NCBI GenBank assembly: GCA_964019335.1
Contig: OZ025760.1
Coordinates: 124,001 to 188,000, forward strand
Direction: 5' to 3'
Source of the DNA: Diplonema japonicum
Taxonomy: Eukaryota > Protista > Euglenozoa: Diplonemea
DNA length: 64,000 nt
Shown: one piece after another, positions 34,136 through 46,600 of the stretch
Layout: the number at the start of each line of letters is the position of its first letter
How positions within the stretch are numbered: position 1 is the first letter of the stretch
Made by a program: the position numbers and the translations under genes
The notes under the pieces: generated by a model
Databases searched by the model: none
What the model was told of the DNA's origin: nothing
Seen by the model: only the letters and a program-made list of their open reading frames with translations

Positions 34136-34840
34136 CTACGTGAGAGGGTGCTGCACCTCACTCGCGATCTTTTTCACAACGCGATCAAGCTGCAGGACGA
34201 TGCTGTGTAACAAATTTTGCTGGACTCGTTGGGGTTGGGGTTGGGGTTGGGGTTGGGGTTGGGGTTGGGGTTGGGGTTGGGGTTGGGGTTGGGGTTGGGG
34301 TTGGGGTTGGGGTTGGGGGTTGACCGGTTGCTCCCAAGGCACGCAGGCGGGCGCCGAGAGGACCGACATTGTCAGAGAGGACGCCAGTTGCGCTTGGAGC
34401 TCTTGTTTTTTCGCCTCCGCCTCCCAGTACCGTGCCGTGTAGGCGGCAGAGACGGCTTCTCGATGCCGTTCAGCTTCGGCAATCCGCATTTTCTCCTTCA
34501 AACGGGTGATTTCTTGCTCTTTGCGCACCCTATCCAATTCACGAAGAGATGTTTCCTCTGCGATTCTTCCTTCCAGCCATTGTTTTACGGCTGCTGTGTG
34601 CTCGTCTTGCTGCAGGGACTTTAGTGTGACGGTGGCTCCTGATTCCAGTTCTTCTTTTTCTTCTTCTTCTTCTTCTTCTTCTTCTTCTTCTTCTTCTTCC
34701 TCGTCGTCTTCTTGTAGTGATTGCAGTTCTTTTTCTAAATCCCACACGGATTTTCCGCTTTCGGCATGTTGGTAATATGCCCTCCCCGTTCTTTTGTCGA
34801 ATTTCTCCTTCCACTCCCCAGATGTTAGGGCTTCGTTCAT
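34136..34840 (-). CDS. WW-domain coiled-coil protein with poly-E and (PQ)n
   Basis: WKEKFDKRTGRAYYQHAESGKSVW; start MNEAL follows an A-tract. Confidence 0.8.
   Translation of the reverse strand: MNEALTSGEWKEKFDKRTGRAYYQHAESGKSVWDLEKELQSLQEDDEEEEEEEEEEEEEEEKEELESGATVTLKSLQQDEHTAAVKQWLEGRIAEETSLRELDRVRKEQEITRLKEKMRIAEAERHREAVSAAYTARYWEAEAKKQELQAQLASSLTMSVLSAPACVPWEQPVNPQPQPQPQPQPQPQPQPQPQPQPQPQPQPQRVQQNLLHSIVLQLDRVVKKIASEVQHPLT
34229..34322 (+). repeat. (TTGGGG)n, ~15 units, encoding (PQ)n
   Basis: Direct reading. Confidence 0.95.
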
Positions 34841-35390
34841 TTTTTTTTTTTTTTCCGCTTTTCTCCTTCTCCTTCTCCTTTGATCGGGTGTTTGAAGAAG
34901 GGAGGGGAAAAAAAAAGAGAAAAAAAAAAACTGGTTTTCCTTTTTTTTTTTTTTATAATTTTTTTTTTTCCCCCGTTCGCCATTTTTAAATGGGCAAGTG
35001 CGGCGAGAAGCCCAAAAGGGAAGGAAAAACAAAATGGCGGGGGTGGGGGTGGGGGGTATTTTTAATAAAGGAGTGCGAGTAGTCAAAAAATAAAAATGCC
35101 TTAATGTGAGGGAAGAGAAAAGAAGAGAAAAAAAAGAAGAAAAAAAAGAGCCCTCGGTTTAACCTACTGTTCTCCCACCTTGCTTACCCACAGTCCTTTT
35201 TTTGTGAACGAAATTAATTTTTTTTTTTTTTACCAACCCCTCCTCTCTTTTTTTTTGGGGAAAAAAACAACGTTTTCAGTAAACATCTTTTGGGGTGTGT
35301 TTGGCAATGTTCAGTAACTCCGAAAAACCATAATTGGCAAAACGACCAAAAAAAAAAAAAAACACTACAAAAAAATTCACTGAAACCGTT

Positions 35391-35435
<45 letters not shown>

Positions 35436-35542
35436 GAAAAACCACACACTTGAAAAAAAAAATTCTACTCAAAAAAAAAACTTTTTTTTTCCTTTTTTTT
35501 TTTGTTTCTCTCTCTTTTAAAAAAAAAAAAAAAAAAAAAAAA

Positions 35543-35605
35543 TTAAATCACCGCACTAACTTTCCGCGTCCACGCTGCATCGTTGAAAATCGGGAGGATA
35601 CTGTA

Positions 35606-35641
<36 letters not shown>

Positions 35642-36845
35642 CAAAGCTATAAATTTTCTTCCCCCTCCCTCACCCCCCTATACCAAGCAATCAAAGTCAC
35701 CCCAATCGTCAGCCTGATTGATTCCGTCCCGGCGCAAAGAAACAAAACAGCGGAAAGAATCACGGTGATGGAGTCGGTGGTACCCTGCTTCCGACGGCTC
35801 CCGGAATCAATACATATATCGTACACCGCCGAACAAGAAACAGCGATCGCAAGCATGTACACCGTAAGCTGGAACGCGAAAGAGAAAGGCGACCTGTTAA
35901 TAAGAGCCGGGAGTTCAATCCAAACAACTTCCTTCGCAAGCATAAGCAACGCCGCGACAATCGACGGCAGGTATCTGGTCAACTGTTCAGGGTCGGCAAT
36001 TCCATTTAACATCCAACCGTCGTCGTGCATCAACAACAGCAAAGGTGACATTAACACAGGCAATCCCGGTCCAGCATCTCCGAAGTCCGAACGAAGAATT
36101 AACAGCGAAACATATGCTTGCAACACACAAATATTACCCAACAACCCAAACTGCGATCCGTCCCCAACGGCATTTCGCATACTGTCCACTTTTTTCATGT
36201 CGCGTGATCGTAAGGCTGGACGGTCCGTCAGCTTCAGCTTCAACAACGCCGCGAGTATCAAATTAATCCCGATCGACAACGACAATATACTATTGGACTT
36301 CTGATTCGCCGTTTCAAACTTCAACGTTGCATCAAAACTCTCAGGTATGCTCCAATGGGCGTCGAGAAGTGCTGCAAGAAGCGTAACCAGTGTCCCAGTG
36401 TAGAATCCCCAGATTGTGTTCGAATCTTCTCTTTGAGCGGAGACCGAGAAATGTGTGAAGTCAACGCATAGAACTGTAAGCCCGAATACAAGTGTGATGT
36501 ACAGGTAGGCACTCCACCCTGCGTAAGGTATGAACAGTGCTGTGAATGAGATCCCACATCCTGTTGATATAATGGTCCACCAGGCCACGCGGAGCCCTGA
36601 GTTTTCCGGCATTTGAACGACTCCTAAGAGTGTGATGCCCACTGCTGTTATGGACAGCAGGCCGAGCGCGGCTCCCCAAGACGGGGCTTGGTACAAATCT
36701 ATGTCGTTTTCTTCTTCTGAAGCGCCTTCCACCATCGGGTCCATCAACGCGATCAAACTCCCAATCACCATGAACGCTTGGCAGATCTTCCTCGCCCTTC
36801 GTTGCGATGTGGGCAGAACATGCAGCAACGGGAACTGCAGGACAC

Positions 36846-36876
<31 letters not shown>

Positions 36877-37430
36877 ATATATACCCTGCGTAGATGGCGA
36901 CGAGACCCAACATCCGTCCGTAACCAAGGTCACTGTCGCCGGTTGTTAGCTCGCCCAGTGCGAGGACGATGGAGTTTTTCGACAGAATGGCGACCGTACA
37001 GCAGCAAACTAGGTACATGTTCACCACCGGTACCAGGCTTGACCTCCTCTTCTTCTCCTTCTTCTCGTAGTAAAGCTGCAGGAGGATCGTTATCATCGCT
37101 GTGCACATGACGTACGCAAGCATCAAAGCGTGCATCCCGTAAGAGTGGTCGTAAAGATCCGAGTCCCGTTCAGGCAGCGTGCTGACCATGCAGAAGAGGT
37201 AGAACTTTGATAGGTACAGACCCGTTAGTACCTTTTTTTTTTTTTTTTTTTTTTTGTTCCTTTTTTAAAATATATATATACCGAAGCCTGTCCTTTCTCC
37301 AGCTTCTTGTTTCGGTACAACTTCTGCACGAAGAACAGCCCCCAGACGGACGTCCCTATCACACACGTGAAGGGGTAGAGGTTCTCTGGTTGGGAGTACA
37401 GGACGTGCTCGATGATCGTAAGGGCAACCA

Positions 37431-37468
<38 letters not shown>

Positions 37469-39196
37469 CTTTCTTCCCTCTTTCCTCACTCACACACCTG
37501 CTGCAGCAAACTGATGTAAAACGCAGGCTGGTTTTCAACCAACCCCAACGGGAAGATGCAGCACTGGATGAGGTACAGCCACAAGATATAAACAGACATC
37601 CTGACAATTTTTTTTTTTCTCTTTTTTTTTTTTTAAAAACCAAAACACATACTGAGGTAACGAGATATGCTCGGCCCCGCCGAAAATCGCAAGATCCACG
37701 TTCAGAAACGAGAACGATTTGTACATCCACCAGGTAAGCAAAATAAATGTAGTGGACACGAAAATCAGGTAATTGTTCAGATTCCTCGGCTCCAAGCAGA
37801 ACGACGTCAAGCAAGCAGCAGACAACGCGGAACAACAAATCACAAACCTCGGCATCCCCGCCACATAGCTGAAAGCAATCGCAGCACAGATACTGAAGAA
37901 CAGCACACCGGTCCATTTCACAGCACGGTCCATGCCGTTCTGAGGCATTTCTGCAAGCTGCACAGCCCAATAAACAACAAGCGACCCACAATATCCGGAA
38001 ATCGCAATTAAAATTACGTTGTAAGGCGGTGTGACCCCTGCAAGAAGATGCGCGAAACGACCGAACGCCACCCTGTAGATGACCCAGTGAAGCACTATTA
38101 GATACGACCCAAGCAAAATCGTGTTTCTTGTGTATGCGGCAGCACTGTCTTTTTTTGTCTCGGACCGCTGCCCGTAAGGATCAGCGTACGCGAACCACAA
38201 CGACTCCTTCGCATCGTAAAACAGGTACAGAAGAGGAATGGCAACAAGCGTCCCGATGTTTAACAGGTGCAGCATTGAAAGATGCTGCTTGTGGTTGATA
38301 AGAATCTCGGTCAACGCAGGGAGAACCACAGTGGCAAACGTGAACAAACCGGGTTCTAATAACCCGTTGATGTATTCCTCATCCTTGGCCTCCGGTGCCA
38401 ATGCTTCCTTAAACGCGGACTTTCTCTTCGTGTAAAAGATTCTGTGCAAACCTATCATGACAATCGCCAATCCAAATGGTGCGAGCTGCGACCCGATCAA
38501 GCTCAAACAGGTGCTGAACAACAATGGTAAACACACGATCGGGGACAACCCCAGGAGGACCCTTTCCGCAGCCAAAGCGATCTCGGGCGACTGAATCTGA
38601 AGCCATTTAAACTGTATCGTTGAAAAAACCCCCAATATAAAGAGGTACAACGACAGATCTAAAAGAATAAACGACGACAGCCACGTGTTCGTCAGCACGT
38701 TTATATTCGTGAAGTACATCCCGACCCATACTGATATGACACATGCCCATACACTCACCAAAGCAAGGTTTTTTGCGTTTGTATAGTCAAGGATGTATGT
38801 TGCAATGATACCCACGAGTAAAGTTGCCAAAACGTGTTTCCCGCTGACGGCCAATGCGGGAAGTAAGCATGAGAGCACTAAGGCGCTGAGCTCAGGGATG
38901 AAATTGATGTATCCTGGGGTGAATTCTAATTTGAAGGAGCCTTCGCTTCTTTCCATTTTTCCTCGGCTTGAGAAGTACGGATCGTCGGTGGCGGCTGTTC
39001 TTCTATGTACGTTGCTGAAGGCTCGGTCGTCTTCTTTTGATTCCATTACTACTTCTCTCGGGGGTTCCCCCACGACTTCCTTCTGTGCCACCACGAGGTG
39101 CTGGATGGCCTGGCTGATTTCTTGTGCCAAGATTTTCTTGTCTTGGTCCCGGTCTTGTTCCAGCGGGACTTGTTCGTACTGAGGTTGACCCGACAT
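35543..39196 (-). CDS. NO EXINE FORMATION 1 (NEF1)-like multi-pass membrane protein (6 exons)
   Basis: IQFKWLQIQSPEIALAAERVL resembles plant NEF1 LQFKWLQLENPSIVVALERLL; introns 37601-37652, 37432-37497, 37232-37281, 36845-36884 and 35601-35683 (last donor less certain). Confidence 0.8.
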
Positions 39197-39265
39197 ATTC
39201 TTTAAAAAAAAAAAAAAGTGGGGGGGTAAACAAACAAGGGTCTTTGGCCCTGCCCTGTTGTTGTG

Positions 39266-39298
<33 letters not shown>

Positions 39299-39424
39299 AG
39301 AAGAATAGAATATAAAAAAGAAATAAAATACTTAAGGAAAAAATGGGGAAACTGATCTAACGCAAGATTTTTTTTTTTTTTTTTTTTTTTTTTAGATAGC
39401 CCCTTTAAAAAAATAGAAAAATGC

Positions 39425-39457
<33 letters not shown>

Positions 39458-40006
39458 CCTTTCTTTTTTTCTTCTCTTTCTCTTTTTTCTTTTTTTTCTC
39501 TTTTTGTGCGATTGCAAGAACCGTTTTCAGAATTATTATTATTGCCCCTTTAAAAAAAAATCTCTACCGGTTGGTACTACAGTAATTAAGGGCCGCTTTT
39601 GCAAAGACTACCCCCCCCCAAAAAAAACCCCTGAGCTGAGATTATCTGATGATTTTTTTTCCCTCCTTATTTTCTTGTATCTTAAAAATAAGTTTTAAAA
39701 AAAAAATCTTTAAACAACTCCTATTCTTTCCTTTTCTTTTCCTTTTTCAAATAATGAGCCATTTTTCCCCTCCCTCCCCCCTTTTTTTTTCGAAGACCGA
39801 AAAACTTTTTCCCCCTCCGTAGGTTGTAAAAAAAAATCTTTTTTTGGTCCCTCTAAAAAAAATATCATTCCTCCCCCCCCTCCCCTTTTTTTTTCTTTCA
39901 TTCTTTTAATTAAGGTTAAATAATATTTAATATGACGGAGTACATGGGGAGAGGGAAACAACAACACTCTTTTCCTTCCAAAAAAAAAAAAAAAAAAAAA
40001 GAGGAG

Positions 40007-40521
40007 GAAAAGAAAAGAAAAGAAAAGAAAAGAAAAGAAAAGAAAAGAAAAGAAAAGAAAAGAAAAGAAAAGAAAAGAAAAGAAAAGAAAAGAAAAGAAA
40101 AGAAAAGAAAAGAAAAGAAAAGAAAAGAAAAGAAAAGAAAAGAAAAGAAAAGAAAAGAAAAGAAAAGAAAAGAAAAGAAAAGAAAAGAAAAGAAAAGAAA
40201 AGAAAAGAAAAGAAAAGAAAAGAAAAGAAAAGAAAAGAAAAGAAAAGAAAAGAAAAGAAAAGAAAAGAAAAGAAAAGAAAAGAAAAGAAAAGAAAAGAAA
40301 AGAAAAGAAAAGAAAAGAAAAGAAAAGAAAAGAAAAGAAAAGAAAAGAAAAGAAAAGAAAAGAAAAGAAAAGAAAAGAAAAGAAAAGAAAAGAAAAGAAA
40401 AGAAAAGAAAAGAAAAGAAAAGAAAAGAAAAGAAAAGAAAAGAAAAGAAAAGAAAAGAAAAGAAAAGAAAAGAAAAGAAAAGAAAAGAAAAGAAAAGAAA
40501 AGAAAAGAAAAGAAAAGAAAA
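40007..40521 (+). repeat. (GAAAA)n microsatellite, ~100 units
   Basis: Perfect pentamer array. Confidence 0.98.
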
Positions 40522-40544
40522 AAAACCAACCACCACCCCCCCCC

Positions 40545-40608
<64 letters not shown>

Positions 40609-40609
40609 C

Positions 40610-43600
40610 TTACCAACCCTTTCCGTTACTTGTAACACACAAACTAGCATGCCGCGATATTGCAGGCTTGGGTTCGATATCTGGGAATCTGAAGGAGCCC
40701 GCAGACCGATTCCGCTGTAGCCGGCTGTTGTGTGGGCTCTCGTCGAGCACGGGTACGGTGAGATTTCCGTTGGACCTCTTTAGCTCAGTGACAAGAGCGG
40801 AAAATGCAGGCAGTACCTCTCGCAGCTTCTTCTCAATCAAGTCGATTTTTCGAGATTGCGCTCGGAGCTCTGACCACACCTCACTGTACTTGGTGTCGGG
40901 GATGTTTGGTTTCACGCTCGGCTGCTTTCTCGCAGCGTCTTCTTGCTCCTCCTGCTGCGTCCCCTTATCCTGCAAACTAATCGCCTTATTGCTTGGAAAG
41001 AACGACAAATCTAACCCTTGCATTCTGTTCCACACAAATGATTCCTGCCCGGTGAACTCCGACTGATCCTTTGTACGAAGATGATGGATGAAATAAATGT
41101 AAAACCACATATTGTGGTCCCGCTTTATGTGGCACTCGAATCCCATCGCATGTCTGTCGAACTCGGAAGATTCAATACCTTTTTTAAAAAAAAAAATCTT
41201 TTTTTTTATATTGAAACATACCGCATATAAAGCATTTTGTTCGGATTTCCTCCTCCACCTTCTGCTTCTCGGCACGAAGCTCCGCGAAGGTGTCGATGAT
41301 GATCCCGAAAATTATGTTCAAGAGGATCACGATGACCACCACATAGAACGAGAACTCGAATGCCATTCGCAGCCCGTACATCGTGTCGATTGCTCCATCA
41401 CCGTCAACGTCGAATTTCGGGGGGTGCTGCGTTTTTTTTTTTTTTTTTTTTTTTTTTCTATACCAACAGCTCCGAGATGCCCCCTGCGGCAATTCCCTTG
41501 AACAAGGTGTGGACAAACGTTCTGAAAATAGTAGCTGTGGTCTCCCCTGAGTCTTGGTAAGACGACCTGAAAAACATGAACCCCGCGACCGCAAAATGGT
41601 ACACTATAATAACCGCCAGCAAACCCGTCAATAAGAGCGACTTCCCGTTCTTCGTGATCGACCTTATAACCGACTGAAGAATCGGACTGTTCGCCACGAT
41701 CGAAAACAGCTGACTCGTGAAAAACAGCGGCGACACAAAGAGCCCCAACACTGAGCACAACACCATAAAGCACTGCGCTAAAAACTTCGCGTCCTTCAAA
41801 AGACACAGCAACACTTCCGCTGAATGGAAATCACCTTCCAATCTCGAGCTTTCAGGCTGACTGCTATCCTGTTGAACTTGCTGCGAGAAGATAGGCCGCA
41901 TAGGATGCGGGGAGCCCCTCCGTGCTCTGGGTGAAATCCCATTCCGCCCTTTTGTCTGCATCAACCCCGGTATCTCATAACTGAAATCATCGTCTGCTAG
42001 GCAAGGCGACGCAAAGTTCGGTGATGGTGTCGATTCCGAGCTTGCACCCTGATCGGGGGGGAGTAACTTATTTGGTTCGTGTTTGTCTCTGTCCTTGCTG
42101 ATTTTCCCGGTGATCTCCGGTGATGTGATGGGGCTTGGTCTGTAATCCGACATTCTACGCGGGGTTCTCACCGCCGGGGAGGCAACCCCTGAAGAGTACG
42201 TCCTGTACCCAAGACCTTCGTCGTCTTCATTGTCACTGCACCGCATCAACGGGTCCGGCTTCGGTACACGACGTAGCCCACGCAGAGTGTTGCTGAGGAC
42301 TCCCTCCTTGCGGGATGATGTTAGCGAAGATCCCAGTTTTTCGGTACAACTGCTGAAAAGTATATCTTTTGCTTCGAGCTGGGGAGACGTGTCAAAGTGG
42401 TAACGGGTGTCTAACCGCAATGGAGATGCTACCATTTTGTTCCGACCGTTGGGAACATTCAGTCTTGCTGGCTGCATGTTGGGTGATTCCATGAACGCGC
42501 TGCTTCCTCCTGACACCCTTCGTTGGAACCCACTGTTTGGCGTCGCACGCTTCGGAGCACGCGGGGACCCGTACACACCCATGTCCGATCCTTTCCGGCT
42601 ACCCATAGTTACATTAACGGAAGGCGGTGCGGGTATACACCCCATTGCAGGCGACTCCGGGTACGGATCTTCAGCTTGTCGAAGCTGGAGAAGAACCTCC
42701 GGCGACGTCGATCTTCGAGACCAACCTGCTGTGTTGCTGGACTTCAAAAACTTATGCGCCATGATAGGCCCCTCGGAGACCGCCTTGTTGACGGCAGACG
42801 CCGTGGTAAGCAACAGCTGCAGCGTCCCGAAGAAGTACAAGAGGAAGATGAGAAGCACGGAGTGCTCTTGCTCGATCATCGCAGCGTTGAGGAACGACAG
42901 GAGAAGCGAGATGTACACCGTGCAAGAATATATCCCCCAAGAGTGCCGGTGGATGTACACAGCTACAATGGTTCCGATGGCAGCCACGTAACTTTTTTCC
43001 GCCCATTGTTGGAAGCCTGTCGACAACGCCTTCCTGGAAAAGTGGCTGTCGTTGTACTTCATCTCAAAGAGCGCATCATCAGCCATCGAGTAAAAGCTCA
43101 ATATCCTAGCAGTCGGTGTGTCTCTATCCACAGACCACAGAATCCTTTTCTTTGTGGTTTCGGAGAGGTTTAGACAAAGCTCCGGGACTCTGAAGTAAAC
43201 CCGTTGAAGGCGGCCTTCTCTCACCGCGATTTCTATGCGACCTGTCATGGCCTGGTAGTACATGAAACCCTTTTCGACCCTCATGAAGAATCGGTTGTCC
43301 GCCAGGATGTGCTGTTCGTCGAAGGCGGACAGTGTTTCCATGAAGATGTAGAGGTTGAACCCGAGCTCAAGTGCCGTGTCGTGTTCCTCGTTCCCACGTT
43401 TTCTGTTGGCCCAGCAGGCGTCCAGTGCGGACCCGATCAGTAACATTAAATCCGCGTTCTGCATCAGCATGTTGGGAACCTTGTTGTCCTCGCAGCCCTC
43501 CAACAACGAGAGCAGTGTGATGGTGGCCGCGTTCTGCATTTCATCGGTTTGCTCACGTGTTATCCTGCCTGCAGTGGCACCCTCGTACTCCAGCTTCAGT

Positions 43601-46600
43601 ACTGTTGAAACTTCCTTCGCAAGGTGCGCGTTGACCAAAGCTTCTTGATTCGTTTTGCAAGGCCCTTGACAGTACTCCGTAAGTGAGTTGAAACATTGCA
43701 GAAGTAAGTCGAACAAAACTGGTTCGTAACAAGCTGGTGGGACGGATATCACGGATTTTAAAACAAGCAGGCTCTCCTTGACGAGGTCTACGGAATGCAG
43801 GTTGTCGGGTTGCGAATGTATGTAGTTCTGCAGCTCGTTGTTGTGTCCCTCGCAGAAGAGCTGAAGAAGTCTTAACGTTTTCGTAACGCATTGTATGGTA
43901 GAAGCAGGGCCGATCCTCGCGGGGGAGAGCGGGAATCTGTGCGACATCCCTGTTTGATCTGTTAACCACCGTCGCTTCTCCTTTACCTCAACGTCCTTCA
44001 GCTCCACTACGGCGGAGTGCAGCTTCTGTCTGATGCATTGAAAGAAAGCCTCGTCGCTGATTGAATCGAAGTACGACATCAACTGTGCCTGCACTTGCAG
44101 GTTCCCCCCTTCCAGCATTGCTATACCAAAGGCCAACGCGTAGTTAACAATAGCTTCATCGGGGGCTTCAATAAGGGACGACATGAGCAGCGTGCAGCCC
44201 AGTCTGTCAAGGTTGCACTGCATTTGACGCATGGCTTCGTCGCCTCCTTTATCTTTCTCCGATGTGATTAGATGAGTGAAGACCCTCAGAATGAAGCAGA
44301 CGCTGAACGTGTCGTCGAAAGAGTTCGAGAAGTGCGATACCAAGTGCCGTACGATGACGCCTGAGGTGTTCTGAGTTGATGCGAGCTGTGCTGGTCGGTG
44401 TAGGACGTCTTGCTTGATGATGCTGGACAGTCCCACAACCGCCGCGTTCTCCCTCCCGTCCGCTTCCGGAGGGAAGTCGCCGTACCCTGCACACAATGGG
44501 TCGTCGACTAGCGATTTGCAAAGCAGTCTGAACGCGACTTTAAACAACTCGTCGTCACCTTGGTACATGCTGACCTCTAGTAGAACCTTCGATAAGGCAT
44601 GGCTGCCCTGCAGCACCCCTGCATGGGTTTCGACAGAATCAACCCACTTCGACATCGCCTGGCCCTGCCGTGCTGTGCATTCCAAAAGCTGGCACGCTAC
44701 TATTTTGCACCCCGTCACCGTTTTGTTGTTTTCCGACTCGCGGAAATTCGCATCTTCATGTCCTTGTTTCGGCAGTGCTTCCACCACAGCCTGCTGCCAC
44801 ATACCAGTGGCGGCGTCCTTCTTCTTCGAGAAGTACCCGACGAGCTTCGCGGCGCCGCTTGTAAGGGTGCAATGGCTTGCCTCGTCCATTGTGTCTGTGG
44901 ACGGGTCAAGCAGCTGGACGAGGATTGGAGCGAGCTTCTGAAGCTCCTGTTGGCTGAACCGGTTGTTCTCCACAAGGAGGAGGAGACATTTCAGAGTCTC
45001 GCGCACCTGTTCGTTTCTGCCCACCTTCGGGGAGCACAACGATGTGTTCCGCTTGATATCGTTGCACAGCAGCCTTTTCCATCTCGAGACCAAATCGCCA
45101 GGATCCTTCTTCCCACTGGGTGCCAGGTACAGCATCCTGGCAAGGGCAAGGAACCGGGTACGAACGGCGTCTCCAAGCGCAGTGGTGTGGGAGCTGGTTG
45201 GGTTGGAGAGAAGCCCTTTTTCCAGCGCGACTAAAATGTGGCCACGGGGGATCAGGTCAGAGACGTTTTCCCTGCATTCGGGGTTCCCAGCGCAGAGAGC
45301 CGCCATCAGATTCAACTGCCGTTCGTAGTACTTTACAGACCGATAGGTCCCGGTGGCTATGAAGTTTTGCATTGGAACCCACTGTTGGTTCTGCCAGTCG
45401 CTGATATCGTGGTGAGTCGTGTCGCCTAGCGGAGTCACCAGGTCGAATATGGTTGAGGTGTGGAAGTTCAACGACGCATCGCTGGAGTGCTCGGGGAGGA
45501 TCTCGACTTCTAAAGCGCCTTTGTTCAAACGGGTTCGGTGCAACAACCGGCCGGGCTGGTTCTGCAACCGGAGAACCTCAGTGCATACTAACGTTTGCGT
45601 GCGTGGGATGCCTTCACCGCTTGTCTCGCACACCGCAGACAGAAGATTGAGGTAAGACGGACTCCGCCCGTAGGAAGGAACGAGGTTAACAAACCGCTTG
45701 ATTGTCGCGTCTTTAAGTTGCGACAGAACCCGCTCGTGGTCATGCACAATGGCGTGGACGGTATCGGCAGCATTGAGCCGGTACCCGGACTGGGTTTCGA
45801 AGAAACTGATGTAAGGGACGAGGTCGTTGGCAGCCTGTTCGAACCCAGCGACTAGCAAGGTGATGAGCCTGTATCCCAATCGGAGGATGACAGAGAGCGA
45901 GTCATAGTTCCGGACCGAGTCGAGGGTGATGTTCTTGTTGGTGAAGGGAGCAGACACTAGTTTGTACACCATGTGGTGAACGCCCTGCTCGTACAGAATT
46001 TTCTGACCCTTTTTGACAGGCCGAAGCTTTTTCACGAACAGCTCCTCGGCTTCCCTCACTGCTGTTGCAGTTGACGGAGGGATGTTCGGCGGTCGGACGC
46101 CCTCAAGGATCACCTCCCCCGAGACGAATGCTATCAGATCTGAGAGGACCGTTATGATAGATGAGATCACCGCTTTGAGGTTTGCACGCCACGCGGATCG
46201 CTTGAGCTGGTCCAAGGTGTTCTTGATGAGCTTGTCGGACCCAAGACACGAAATGGCTTCGGTTGTTTCTATAACAGAAAGCTCCCTTCGTTTGTAGAGC
46301 TTTCGGTTGTACATCCAAGAGACGGACGATATATTCTGCTGTTTGCTTAAACCCGAGGTGGTACGGTGTAGAATCGGTTTAGGGCGTTGCTGCCTGCAGC
46401 TGCACAAAACTGCAGCGGAGAGAACCGTCATAACAGCGGAGCTTTCTTCTGAAGTGACGTCTTCCTCGTCACAGTTCCGGCATATAATCAACGGGGCGAT
46501 GGCGGCCAGCAATTCTTCCCGGAGCGAGGTCGAACCAGAGGGCGACGAAACATCATCTAGCGAATCTGCGAATGATTGTGGAGACAAGTCCGACGCAACT

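Noticed and set aside
34229-34322. Telomere or interstitial telomeric repeat
   Set aside because: In frame within a CDS; euglenozoan telomeres are typically TTAGGG
39916-40720. ORFs of 229-262 aa (KKRKE / FFSFL)
   Set aside because: Translations of the pentamer microsatellite
30109-41460. Premature stops or alternative genetic code in HslU, Prp3, NEF1 and IP3R
   Set aside because: Explained by short GT-AG introns; TAA, TAG and TGA all act as normal stops
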